The notes beneath the pieces were generated by a model. It had not been told where the DNA came from. It did not search any database and was given only the letters and a program-made list of their open reading frames with translations. The translations under genes were made by a program, and so were the position numbers. A stretch of 64,000 nucleotides of DNA, taken from the NCBI GenBank assembly GCA_000002445.1, contig CH464491.1:736001-800000 (forward strand). The letters are read 5' to 3'. Positions 44,725 through 55,130 of the stretch are shown here, piece by piece. Origin of the DNA: Trypanosoma brucei (lineage: Eukaryota). Each line of letters begins with the position of its first letter. Within the stretch, counting starts at the first letter, position 1.

Positions 44725-45335
44725 TTAAGAAGGAGAGGGGGGAAAACAAAGAGAATAAAAGAAATAAGCAAGAAGGATACGTTAAAGAGAAACGAAAAAA
44801 AAAATGACACCCAATTTTTTACATCTATTTCCCACTAGAGTTTAGATGATGCTCAGTCTAATTCATCCACATCCCCTCGTATACAAAATAAAAACAAAGA
44901 AAGGCGTATAGTTGTCGCTCATTGGCACTACGTTGACATAATCTTTGTGACCCTACCCACAGACATTTGCACAAACTTCACTCCACTGCTCCTCTCCTCT
45001 CCCTGCTACACGAATGAAGGAGAAAAAAAGAAATAAGGAGCTGCGGACCGACGGAAGCGGTCAATGGGAGATTAAAAAAAAAAATTAACGTAGCACCAGA
45101 AACCGTCACTCGAACTTATTAACACCTGCATAAATACAAGTAACAACAACAAGGAGTTCTTTCGTATCCCGAAACAACTTGGAAGGAGACCACATAGAGC
45201 ATACCCATTTCCCTACCCTCTGGAAAAAAGGAACAGAAGATATCAGTAAAAAATTAAAATATGTAAACATACACAGCTAGGTAGAAATGTTACGGGTTAA
45301 AACATTGAGCGGCCGCATGTACCTTTACCCCTTTA

Positions 45336-45349
45336 CCCCCCCCCCCCCC
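45336..45349. repeat. C14 homopolymer (G14 on the transcribed strand), intergenic
   Basis: Direct reading: ctttacccccccccccccccaatc. Confidence 0.85.
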
Positions 45350-46053
45350 AATCAAAGCACGCGCACTCACGGATACCAAAACAGCAGTCTTTTTTTTTTT
45401 TAATTTCGTAGTATTGTTGTTTCAGAGCATTTCATAGATTATTCGGCGTCTGGTCTCTTTTGTTCAGTCCTCGGCCGGGAGGAGCTACGCGTGCCCATGA
45501 TTACCGATATTACGACCATTGCAACCGTCACAGCGGTGCTTCAAAAGAAAACTACAACAACAACAACCATAATATAGATGAAAAAAAAGCTTGAGAATTG
45601 GCAGACAAGCGAGAGTGAAGAATAATAAGGCGTAGAAGAAAGTGCATGAGCAAAACAAAAAAAAAAACGCAAACACCCAATGCCAGTTCGCATTTGGGCA
45701 GAGCAGCACAAACACGCCCCTACTCGACTCCACCTTTGACTCTGCCTTCGCTGTAAAAAAAAAAGGTGGTGAAAAAAGAAAAGGTACAAGTGCTTAAATA
45801 GCAGTCCATCGTCACGTTGGTTTAGTTAATAACTGAATAGGCGTAGCATATTTTCAGCACTCTTGCCAATTGCATACACGTGTGTTTGCTACGCATCTGG
45901 ACCCAGCTTTGCGCAGCCCCTTTCCACAAAATATAGCACGACCTATTACAATGCAACGTCATGTGTACTACATATTAGGTATTCGCATGCATATGTGCAT
46001 GTTTACGCATAAGTCGATGTGAAACTTACACTTGCGCGTACTGCCAGTTGAAG

Positions 46054-47241
46054 TTACAACTTAGTGGTCCTTCCCCCTGGCGTTCCATTTTCCTGCGATG
46101 CGTACCCATTAGGGTGAGTGCGCTGAAACTTCCAGGATGTTTCCATGATGGCCTCGAGAGTGTCGTATTTTGGTTTCCAGCCCAGCACCTCCCGTGCCTT
46201 ATCGCTGGCAGCCACAAGATACGCCGGGTCCCCCTCCCGACGGCCACACTCACGCACCGGAATCGGGTGCCCAGTAGTCTTGCGCGCCACTTCTATAACC
46301 TCACGCACGGAGTACCCCCGCGAAGTGCCAAGGTTAAACACAGAGAAGTACTTGGACTTGTCATTCGGTCCCAGTTTCTCCACGTAATCAAGAGCTAATA
46401 TGTGAGCCGACGCAAGATCACACACGTGAACGTAGTCCCGTACACACGTGCCGTCGGGTGTAGGATAGTCTGTACCAAATATGGGCATTCTCTTGTCAGT
46501 TGACGCATCCTCGTGAATTGTTAATCTTTGATCCGGTGCGATGTCGCTCATTACCCTACCCAAGATTATAGGGATTAGATGCGTGGAGCCTTGGTAGTGC
46601 TCACCGATATCTCCATCCTCGTGCGCTCCACAGGCATTGAAGTAACGGAGGCAAATGCCTTTAATCCCGTATGCTTCCGCGCAATCCCTTATCATCCTCT
46701 CCGCAATAAGTTTCGACTCGCCATATGGACTTTCTGGGCTCTTTTTGGCGTTAATATCGATGGGTTCTGCGTTTGTGGACACGGAGCCCTTTGTTGGGTT
46801 GCCAAAAATGGCGGCACTACTGGAGAAGATGATTTTGTCGCACTTGTGTAACAACATCGCTTGAAGCAACCTTAGAATACCAACCACATTGTTGTCATAA
46901 TACTTTAGTGGATCTCTCACACTCTCACCAACGGCAAGGAAAGCACACATGTGGACAACAGCATCGATAGGACCATGGCGAGTGAAAACGCCGTTAAGGA
47001 AGTCTTCGTTACGCACGTCTCCCACCTCCAGTGCGGCGTATCGATCCGCCCACGGCGGCTTCGGTCCATCACTTTGTTGCAACTTCCGCGCTACATTTTC
47101 CCTGGTTTCCACATGGTCGCTTTTCCCATGCGTCCCCACAAGCGAGTCAACGATGACAACACTGTGGTTCGTGTCGCGCAAAAGAGCCCGCACGAAGTGG
47201 CTTCCAATGTAACCTGCGCCTCCACAAACCAAAACGCGCAT
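46054..47241 (-). CDS. GALE: UDP-glucose 4-epimerase (GalE)
   Basis: N-terminal Rossmann motif MRVLVCGGAGYIGSH plus full-length similarity to the SDR-family epimerases. It matches my recollection of the T. brucei GalE sequence. Confidence 0.85.
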   Translation of the reverse strand: MRVLVCGGAGYIGSHFVRALLRDTNHSVVIVDSLVGTHGKSDHVETRENVARKLQQSDGPKPPWADRYAALEVGDVRNEDFLNGVFTRHGPIDAVVHMCAFLAVGESVRDPLKYYDNNVVGILRLLQAMLLHKCDKIIFSSSAAIFGNPTKGSVSTNAEPIDINAKKSPESPYGESKLIAERMIRDCAEAYGIKGICLRYFNACGAHEDGDIGEHYQGSTHLIPIILGRVMSDIAPDQRLTIHEDASTDKRMPIFGTDYPTPDGTCVRDYVHVCDLASAHILALDYVEKLGPNDKSKYFSVFNLGTSRGYSVREVIEVARKTTGHPIPVRECGRREGDPAYLVAASDKAREVLGWKPKYDTLEAIMETSWKFQRTHPNGYASQENGTPGGRTTKL

Positions 47242-47814
47242 GGTAAAGAGGTTCTTTCCCCGTTACTAAATCCTTCTCCCTATATATACTTCTTTATGAA
47301 GAAAGGGAGTGTAGGTACCAAACAAGTCAGTTGAACTAGTTGTTTCAATCCCTTCGCGACCACTGCGGTGGATTTACTAACTTTCGACTTCACCGAAAAT
47401 AGGGCTTTATGTATGTATATGTATATATTCCCTTTGTCTACTGCTATATCAAAGTCGAGGTATTAATAATGCTAGCAAAGTGAGCATTATAAACAGCAGG
47501 AAAACAGTAACCGAAAGTCCACTTCAACAGACATGTACATGTGCGTATGCATACTAATTCAAAAAATAAGGGACCAAGAAACAGTTCCAAACGGAACAAA
47601 GAAAAATTCTGTGAGAAAAGTGTCAACGAATCATGCTACGTACCACCAAATTGAATTGGCTCGCATGTATGCACTTGTCCGCGGTCACACACATTCACAT
47701 AGTTCCACCACTACAGAATGCAGCAGGAAAAAGGGTACTCGGCCTCATATGGCTTCTCGAGGAAGTTGGAAAAAAAACGTGGAAGTACATGCATACGCAC
47801 AAAAACTCTCGGTT

Positions 47815-50331
47815 TCACTTTTTCCCACCTACGGAAGGTATGACAAAGTAGTAACTGTTTGGGTGGCGTGCAACAGCCACTTCCCTCGCCGGTAAGGGCC
47901 CTGCAAACGCGCCAGAAGCACGAGGGTCAGCAGCATTACCACCCATGCCATCGATGTTTAGTTGTATCAGCGAACTGGGATCACCGTGACAACGCAACAC
48001 CGCGTTTTTTATATCTCTGTTTATCACACTACTATTTTTCACTCGGGTAAATACCGCATGGACACTGTTGTGCGCATTCACTAGGGTAGCTTCCGTGCAG
48101 AGAACGGGTATATGACCAACAAAACGGTCAGCAAGAATCTCCGCAACACCGCTGAAGTACGTCATACCATTCCCCGTTGACTTGCCAAAGTATGCTACTG
48201 CTGATGGGGTAATATCACTCTCATCTGTTGATCCCGAGGTAGTACGAACTCTAATCATAGTATCATTGGCAAATATATGATATTTCGTACTGCAGAAACG
48301 TAGAAGCACGGCAGAGTTTGCTACATCACCCGACGAATGCGTGTGCCATACATCGCCAAGGACGGTTGTTGGTGGCGTCCTCACAAAATTACCATCGTTT
48401 GTGACAGCGTACACCGCGTTGTGATCCTCTTCTGCGAAAGTATCAGAACATAGGAGGATCCTGAGTTGTTTCCATGGCCACTCAGAATGCGATGGTCCCC
48501 AATCAGAACGTGCTGCAGTAACACAGGGCGCAAACTCAGCAATAAATGGTTGTACATCACTGTCAGCGTCAACAACATGGATAATAGGGTTCACTTTCCG
48601 TTGAAGTGCCGAGGTGTTATCCGTCAAAAACTTGAACAACGTCATTACTGTCGAAGCGGTGGTGGTTTGGGGAAGTTTCACTCCCCTTTCCTTCAAATGC
48701 GGTAGCACACGCTGCTCGTAGTCCTCTCGCGCCCTCTGCCACAGTTCACACATCTCACGATGGCCGCTCTTCCAGCCATTCATTTGATGTTTCCTACAGC
48801 AGTACATTTCCACGCGGCATCTACCACAACGTAACAGTTTGTCACGGCGCCGTTGGCACCATGAACAAACCTCATTGTGTGTTGGTGGGGGCACAGGAGA
48901 CACATCTCGTGGTAGTGTGTAGTTGCCATCCTTGCATGATATGATGTTCCTCGAGAGGAACTGAAAGGCCGCTGCGGCAGCAGCCCAATCGTGCTCGTTA
49001 CGTGGTGAATATTCCAAAACCTCCACATGTGGGGAGGCAATTGGCGTGTCTTTCACTACAGACCCTGTTGGCGTCCGATAAACAACTTTTGGGAAAGAGT
49101 AGCTACTGCAGGATCCTTTGCATAGCGGCTCACATGGAAACGTCTCAACTGCTTGCTCCTGCATCGACAAAAAAAATAAGAAACGGTCAATATCGTCGAA
49201 GGCAATACCTTCAAGTGGCGTTAGTTGGGCGAAAACTTCACCATCTTCATGCATCATGTCGTCGTAAACGGTATCAAAAGATTTTTCATCACACAGCCGG
49301 TCTTGAAGGTAAAGCACTTCACCTCCATCTTGCATTAGGTGAAGCTCCGCTCCTATTGGTTGCGGGGCAAGTGGGCCGGGGTCTAAATTTTCCTCAGATA
49401 CCTCTTGTTTCTCCACAAAAGGCTTCTGAATGAGAAGGACGTGCCAACGGCCATCTCCTGTCACCGCAGAGGAAGTGTCAGATGATGAAATGGTTGGGAG
49501 GGTAAAGGAGGTTACGTGACCCACTCGCTTCTTCAAATTTTCTATCGCCATGCGACGTTCTACCTCTAGAGCAGGGAATGATCCGTCCGCACCGGTCCCG
49601 TCACTCGTCATTGCACCTGCTGCTGACACGATGGAGTCACTATTATCAGGTTCACGAAACGATGCTGTATACAGTAAAGGGTGTACTTGCTGAAATGACC
49701 TTAGTACCGCGTCGTTTCCCACCTGTGATGGTGCCGATACGTCTACCGCAGCAGGTTCATGTTGCACAGCCCATGCAACGACCTCACCTGCCATCCCAGG
49801 TAATCTCCTACCTGAAATGACCTCTGTTATGTGATGTCGCAAAACTGTAAAGGACTGCAGGGCAAGCGGTGCTAACACATGTTCGAGGCGTGTCTTGAAT
49901 AGAGAAAACGCACGGTCGGAAAAGAGTCCCAGTTTCTCATGAGTATCACCAACAGTCACACACCTCAAGTCAAACGACGCGGGATGAAGCGATGCAGGAA
50001 CGAAACGAAAGATATCCGCAACCAGTTCCGCACCCTTCGTTTCCCACAGTACCTCCTGGCAACTGTTTTTCATGTTGTAGAGTAACAAACGCCACTGAGA
50101 GCTCTCGGTAGAGTCAATGAAAATATCCAACTCTTCTTCATTATCTGAGGTTCCGAACAGCAGTTGGAAAACTGGTGCATACAACACATTTCGCCTCTTG
50201 TCCCTGCACCACTGCCGAGGCAATACACTCAGAAGAAACCACCGTCGGTAGCGCTCATTCAACACCTTTCCAAGTGCCTCGGCTTCAGTGCACGCTCTTC
50301 CGTCCCGCAGGAACTTCTCCACAACAGCCAT
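47815..50331 (-). CDS. hypothetical protein with a MYND-type zinc finger (838 aa)
   Basis: CSWCQRRRDKLLRCGRCRVEMYCCRKHQMNGWKSGHREMC fits the zf-MYND consensus (C-x2-C-x7-C-x2-C ... C-x3-C-x7-H-x3-C). ATG verified at 50329-50331. Confidence 0.55.
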   Translation of the reverse strand: MAVVEKFLRDGRACTEAEALGKVLNERYRRWFLLSVLPRQWCRDKRRNVLYAPVFQLLFGTSDNEEELDIFIDSTESSQWRLLLYNMKNSCQEVLWETKGAELVADIFRFVPASLHPASFDLRCVTVGDTHEKLGLFSDRAFSLFKTRLEHVLAPLALQSFTVLRHHITEVISGRRLPGMAGEVVAWAVQHEPAAVDVSAPSQVGNDAVLRSFQQVHPLLYTASFREPDNSDSIVSAAGAMTSDGTGADGSFPALEVERRMAIENLKKRVGHVTSFTLPTISSSDTSSAVTGDGRWHVLLIQKPFVEKQEVSEENLDPGPLAPQPIGAELHLMQDGGEVLYLQDRLCDEKSFDTVYDDMMHEDGEVFAQLTPLEGIAFDDIDRFLFFLSMQEQAVETFPCEPLCKGSCSSYSFPKVVYRTPTGSVVKDTPIASPHVEVLEYSPRNEHDWAAAAAAFQFLSRNIISCKDGNYTLPRDVSPVPPPTHNEVCSWCQRRRDKLLRCGRCRVEMYCCRKHQMNGWKSGHREMCELWQRAREDYEQRVLPHLKERGVKLPQTTTASTVMTLFKFLTDNTSALQRKVNPIIHVVDADSDVQPFIAEFAPCVTAARSDWGPSHSEWPWKQLRILLCSDTFAEEDHNAVYAVTNDGNFVRTPPTTVLGDVWHTHSSGDVANSAVLLRFCSTKYHIFANDTMIRVRTTSGSTDESDITPSAVAYFGKSTGNGMTYFSGVAEILADRFVGHIPVLCTEATLVNAHNSVHAVFTRVKNSSVINRDIKNAVLRCHGDPSSLIQLNIDGMGGNAADPRASGAFAGPLPAREVAVARHPNSYYFVIPSVGGKK

Positions 50332-50966
50332 TCGATATCAGATCCAAGTTTCCTCGTTCCTTCAGAATGCAAAAAGAAATAAAAAGAACGTTAAGGTATT
50401 TTCTATCAGCTTCTCGCATGTGGTGTCACACCTATGCGAAGCGCTGCCAGTAAACAACAAAAAAGTAAAAAAAGCGAAGTGGTGGAAACGAAATTGAGAA
50501 CACTATATCAATTTGCGCTGTGCACCGCCGCTCCACCTGCCGAGCCCAAAACAAAACGACATTCGTGGATAATCATGTAATTATGATGGGGGTCACAAGA
50601 AAAAATTTAGAGGTCGAATCATTAAAAAAGAACTAAAAAAAGGTAAAGTTTTGTATGTAAATAAAAAAGGAACAGTGGTATCATTAGAGCTAAAAAGACA
50701 GGGATGATATTGCCAAAACAATTTACCTCCAAGATGTTACCATTGGGAGACTAATAATGATGTGTACAAACAATACACTCCTCTTTATGCTGCTTCACAG
50801 CACAAGAGCTTTTCTACGAAACTAAGTACAGTACAGCAAAATTAAAATTATACTTGGAAAAAAAGAACACCATACAGGTACTAACTATTCAAAAGGGAAA
50901 ACCGATAACAGAACACAAATGTAGTTACCACCATAAAGAGAAAAAGGAATTGAGTAAAACACGAAG

Positions 50967-52388
50967 TCACATTACAGTACATCGAGGGCACATACCATAC
51001 AGTCTGAACCTCCTGTTCGTTGCTTTACCTGGTTCCAAAAGTGGTGCTTCTGTGTCTCCAGGATCCGCTGAAGGAGATGATTCGTGCATCCTCCGTCGCT
51101 CAGTTTTCAAGGAGTTCAGAGCCTCATCTCTTTCTTTGAGTGCCCAAATATTCTGTCGACGAATTTCTTCCAATGACTCTACAGTCTCCTTCAAAGACGT
51201 TGAGAGTGTCACATTCTCATCTTCTGCAGCTTTCAGTGCGGCAAGTAATTTCTCCTTCTCACACTCGGATGCCGTAATAATTTTCTTATCATCTTCTGCC
51301 ACCTTCCTCAGTTCTTCCCTCTCATCTTCTGCAGCTTTCAATGCGGCAACCAATTTCTCCTTCTCACACTCGGATGCCGTAATAATTTTCTTATCATCTT
51401 CTGCCACCTTCCTCAGTTCTTCCCTCTCATCTTCTGCAGCTTTCAGTGCAGCAACCAATTTCTCCTTCTCACACTCGGACGCCGTAATAATTTTCTTATC
51501 ATCTTCTGCCACCTTCCTCAGTTCTTCTCTCTCATCTTCTGCAGCTTTCAGTGCAGCAACCAATTTCTCCTTCTCACACTCAGATGCCGTAATAATTTTC
51601 TTATCATCTTCTGCCACCTTCCTCAGTTCTTCCCTCTCATCTTCTGCAGCTTTCAGTGCGGCAACCAATTTCTCCTTCTCACACTCGGATGCCGTAATAA
51701 TTTTCTTATCATCTTCTGCCACCTTCCTCAGTTCTTCTCTCTCATCTTCTGCAGCTTTCAGTGCAGCAACCAATTTCTCCTTCTCACACTCAGATGCCGT
51801 AATAATTTTCTTATCATCTTCTGCCACCTTCCTCAGTTCTTCTCTCTCATCTTCTGCAGCTTTCAATGCGGCAAGTAGACTTTCTTTTTCGTCTGTGAAT
51901 TCGTTAACCAGTCGAGCAAGTTGTTCTTCGGCCACTTTTCCTGTGACCGGGTTATAATCAGCACTACGGGGATCATTATCGCCAGCACTAGCGATATTTT
52001 TTTTGTAAACCGAATGATCCCCGGTTTCTTGCGTCAGGTTGCCTTCTCCTTCCTTACCAGTTCCCTTCTGCAGCGCATTCAGGGTCTCCAGTGTGCTGGC
52101 AAGCTCATCCCTTGTTTTTTGCAAATCACACTGCAGTTGTCCTTGGTCAAAGTTTGATTTGCGTAAAAGCTCGTCATAAGCACCCTCCAGCTCTTTGATA
52201 CGTTCGTCACGCATCTCCAACTCAAGGCGAAGTTCGGCGACCAAGCGACTGCCCCCGCGGGCACTGGTTACAGTACTACAATCCGTGGAGTCGTTTGTAG
52301 TATGTGAACCGTCCCGGCTGCTATAGAAAGAAGTAACCTCTGTAGCGGGGCGTGAGGCACTGGGTGACCTTTCATCAAAGGGAAACAT
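50967..52388 (-). CDS. coiled-coil protein with 35-aa tandem repeats (LVAALKAAEDEREELRKVAEDDKKIITASECEKEK x ~6.3)
   Basis: ATG verified. N-terminal coiled coil (LRLELEMRDERIKELEGAYDELLRK), then six near-identical 35-aa repeats and a coiled-coil C-terminus. Orientation matches all neighbours. The antisense frame is also open, but only because of the repeat. Confidence 0.6.
   Translation of the reverse strand: MFPFDERSPSASRPATEVTSFYSSRDGSHTTNDSTDCSTVTSARGGSRLVAELRLELEMRDERIKELEGAYDELLRKSNFDQGQLQCDLQKTRDELASTLETLNALQKGTGKEGEGNLTQETGDHSVYKKNIASAGDNDPRSADYNPVTGKVAEEQLARLVNEFTDEKESLLAALKAAEDEREELRKVAEDDKKIITASECEKEKLVAALKAAEDEREELRKVAEDDKKIITASECEKEKLVAALKAAEDEREELRKVAEDDKKIITASECEKEKLVAALKAAEDEREELRKVAEDDKKIITASECEKEKLVAALKAAEDEREELRKVAEDDKKIITASECEKEKLVAALKAAEDEREELRKVAEDDKKIITASECEKEKLLAALKAAEDENVTLSTSLKETVESLEEIRRQNIWALKERDEALNSLKTERRRMHESSPSADPGDTEAPLLEPGKATNRRFRLYGMCPRCTVM
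51218..51880. repeat. 105-bp tandem repeat x ~6.3, >97% identical copies
   Basis: The period was measured directly: atcttctgcc recurs at 51291 and 51396. Copies differ only at a few third-position sites (gcggcaacc/gcagcaacc, ccctctc/ctctctc, cggat/cagat). Confidence 0.9.
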
Positions 52389-52706
52389 ATTGGCTTGTAC
52401 AACTTAACGGTAATATCAACTATAAACATATAGCGATGATGTCCGCCCACGCGGACAGAGACAGGCGGTTAAATACCGGAGTGAAGAAGTAGACGATGCA
52501 ATCTTCCAGGCGTAATTGCTGCTGCACTGACTAAAAATAGAAACAGGGTCAACGCTATTTTTTTTTTTTGGGGGGGGGAGGACGGAAAATTGTGAGTGAA
52601 AATGCAGACTTGATCCAGAAATAAAACAACTTGTAAAGGGTCAGCGGAACTCCAAACCCACCTAAACATGCGCACGCACATATAGAAGGAAGGGACAAGA
52701 CGCACC

Positions 52707-53777
52707 TCACTTACTTAGGTTCCGCACAAACAAATTGCTCATCCGCCGGTTCTCCTTTGCCTCCGCTGTTAAGGGGTCAGGGATATCCAGTAATGAAAGT
52801 ATATGTGCCATGTTCGTGTTAAGTTCCCTCTCAAGTGCAGAAACCATGGCCGTTGTACGGTAAACTCGCGACTGCGTTCCGCTAATACTTGTCGCTCTGG
52901 AGCCGCCCCGACCATCACCAGAAGCGGACGAAAATTGGCTGAACACATGCGGTGCAGCGATTGAAGCGCCGCCTACACATGACTCACTCCGCTCTCTCTT
53001 GACAGCCGCTACTGCATTGGGGCGAAGTGAACCTTTTGATCCCTTCTCCCCGGGAACATCACCACACACTGCACATGTCGTTTCCTTCGTCAGCATGTTC
53101 TTCGCCAGATCCAGGCAAGAGGCACAAGCGTAGAAGCGGCAACACTCCAGCATCACTTCATCAAAGCTCTCCAGCTCACATAGCACACAAATCCCTTTCT
53201 TTGGTGTGGGCAATGTCAATCCTTCCACTGACGTGCGGTTGAGTAACCAAGGGAGCACCGGAAAGGCCTTGCCGGACACTGCGGTAACGCGCTTCAATTT
53301 GTGTGGATCCCGCACTTCCACGCGCTTGCCTGTACCAACGGGGCCGCTGGAACTCACAGTACCAGTCACAGTTGTTGCTTCATGTTCGTGCAACATCCCC
53401 TCTACGTGCTGAAGCCGTTCTTCGCGGGCTTTTTTTTCGTCTTGTGCTGCGTCCACTACGCCATCCAAGTAGTGACGCCGAGACACGTTAACGATAACCC
53501 TATCGTAAGAATGCAGTACATCATTCGATTGTAACGGCACGTAAACGTCTGCAACAGTGCTGGGTGTCTGCCCCTCCTGACTATCATTCCCTGCTGAAAT
53601 AACACGTTGAATCTCTAGTTTGTACTTGGTGAGATTTATCTGATGTTGCTTTACGATATCTTGAGTAAGAGCGGTTACAGTCACCACATCACCACTGAAC
53701 CCGAAACTGTGATACCTCCCCGAAGCAGCCGGATGCGAGCCGAGCAGTCGGTACTGAACGACCCCCTCCGTTTCCAT
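52707..53777 (-). CDS. RBBP6/Mpe1-like protein: N-terminal DWNN ubiquitin-like domain plus RING-type zinc finger
   Basis: METEGVVQYRLLGSHPAASGRYHSFGFSGDVVTVTALTQDIVKQH...RVIVNVSRR parallels the DWNN domain (VHYKF...VIVRRIP). Downstream, CVLCELESFDEVMLECCRFYACASCLDLAKNMLTKETTCAVCG is a C3HC4/U-box-like RING. I chose the start at 53777 because DWNN is N-terminal and a polyY tract (53833-53862 on the minus strand) lies between it and the upstream ATG at 53897. Confidence 0.5.
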   Translation of the reverse strand: METEGVVQYRLLGSHPAASGRYHSFGFSGDVVTVTALTQDIVKQHQINLTKYKLEIQRVISAGNDSQEGQTPSTVADVYVPLQSNDVLHSYDRVIVNVSRRHYLDGVVDAAQDEKKAREERLQHVEGMLHEHEATTVTGTVSSSGPVGTGKRVEVRDPHKLKRVTAVSGKAFPVLPWLLNRTSVEGLTLPTPKKGICVLCELESFDEVMLECCRFYACASCLDLAKNMLTKETTCAVCGDVPGEKGSKGSLRPNAVAAVKRERSESCVGGASIAAPHVFSQFSSASGDGRGGSRATSISGTQSRVYRTTAMVSALERELNTNMAHILSLLDIPDPLTAEAKENRRMSNLFVRNLSK

Positions 53778-53832
53778 GGGGAGGCAACCTTGACGTGCAG
53801 AGAGTGGCCAACCCCTTTCGTGCTCAGCGTAT

Positions 53833-53862
53833 GAAAAGAAAAGGGGGGAAAAAAAAGAAAAC
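53833..53862 (-). promoter_or_regulatory. polypyrimidine tract and putative trans-splice acceptor upstream of the DWNN gene
   Basis: Plus strand gaaaagaaaaggggggaaaaaaaagaaaacac, which is polyY on the minus strand, followed by AG about 45 nt upstream of ATG 53777. Confidence 0.4.
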
Positions 53863-54317
53863 ACATAATGAGCCGGGAGAAGCAACACACACAGCATCTG
53901 TTTGAGAGGGAAAGCAAAGAAGTTCCCTCCCACGTATATTTTATTGTTGGACACAGTACGCGGGAGAACGGAGTTTCCTTAGACGAACATACACACGAGC
54001 CTCAGCCCACTTTTTTCTCTGTTGCTTCTCTGGCGCCTCTCTACGCAGATATCTAAGCAAAACATTCTGCAAACAAAAAATACATATATATATATATATA
54101 TAACGAGGTGATAGAAAGATCGTCCCAATGGTACAAAAACAACCAAACACATTGTACATTCAATATGGTGATCCTGCTCCTAAAAGAAATGAGGAGGGGG
54201 CAAAAGGTATTTGGTTTTGCTTTGATCACACGAAAGGACTTGCTGGAGGCAGCTTTATCCACACACAACCGCACAGACTTTCCTCTTGTGTTCTCTGTCC
54301 CAAATCTCACCCACTCA

Positions 54318-55130
54318 TCAGTCACCATAAAAAGTTGCTATAACTCTATTCTTTGATAGTGTTGCGGCTCGTCGGTTTTCTTTCCGACCCGCCACATATA
54401 CCGTACATCCGTCCTCCACGTAGTAACGCTCGGCCTCTTCGCTTTTCTGCTGTTTCTCCCGCAACTTCTCTATCTCCGTATCCAAATCGCCCGTGTAACC
54501 AAGTACTGCCAGCGGAGAAACACCGTCAAATTGATTCTTCGGCTTTTTCACAGGCAGGCTTGCTCGCGTTGAAGCAATTTTGTTACCAAACTTTTGGATA
54601 TCCACTCGTGGAAGATTTCGTTTGGACTCAGGGTTAAACCAGTCAATAGAACTGAGGAAGTGACTACGATCAATGCCCTCGTAGTCCCCTTGCTCAGGTG
54701 GCTGGAAGTCGGTTTTCATCACTGACTTGGGAATGAAATCCGTTTGCAACCCCGTAAATAATTCAGTAAAGGTATTCTTGTCGCGATGCGAGGCATCATG
54801 CATGATCCAGAGACGGGCTAGTTTCTTTCCGAGAACAGAAAACATGAAGCCGTAATGTCTAATCATTGAGTCTGCTTCGCAGATACAGTACTGAAGTGAA
54901 TATAGTGCACTCATCTTGGGGAGCCCCCGCTCAGGGTCCTGTTGCGAGATCTCTTTGCAGATGCGGCGAAAGTTTTCACGCTGATGCTGCGTTGCAAGTT
55001 TGTTGTACCAATACTCAATCCGTTCACTGGAGTCGGTCACGAATATGGGGTGGTACTCCTCGCGCATTAAGTGCCAAGTAAGCGACGGGCGTTCCGCCAC
55101 GACAGCGACCTTACGGCGCCGAGAAAACAT
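54318..55130 (-). CDS. hypothetical protein (270 aa)
   Basis: Open frame in the cluster orientation. The track start at 55139 is TTG and the first ATG is at 55130 (MFSRRRK). No domain recognised. Confidence 0.4.
   Translation of the reverse strand: MFSRRRKVAVVAERPSLTWHLMREEYHPIFVTDSSERIEYWYNKLATQHQRENFRRICKEISQQDPERGLPKMSALYSLQYCICEADSMIRHYGFMFSVLGKKLARLWIMHDASHRDKNTFTELFTGLQTDFIPKSVMKTDFQPPEQGDYEGIDRSHFLSSIDWFNPESKRNLPRVDIQKFGNKIASTRASLPVKKPKNQFDGVSPLAVLGYTGDLDTEIEKLREKQQKSEEAERYYVEDGCTVYVAGRKENRRAATLSKNRVIATFYGD

Noticed and set aside
50854-51957. Plus-strand 367-aa ORF with Ser-rich 35-aa repeats (SSSATFLSSSLSSSAAFSAATNFSFSHSDAVIIFL)
   Set aside because: It is exactly antisense to the 105-bp repeat gene. 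Tandem repeats keep all frames open. Orientation is opposite to every neighbouring gene, and its composition is non-protein-like, whereas the minus-strand product is a clean coiled coil.
53985-54030. Plus-strand polypyrimidine tract followed by AG, then small plus-strand ORFs (54108..54356)
   Set aside because: The ORFs are short, overlap the 3' end of the minus-strand gene 54318..55130, and have no protein-like composition. Purine-rich 3'UTRs on the minus strand necessarily look like polyY on the plus strand.
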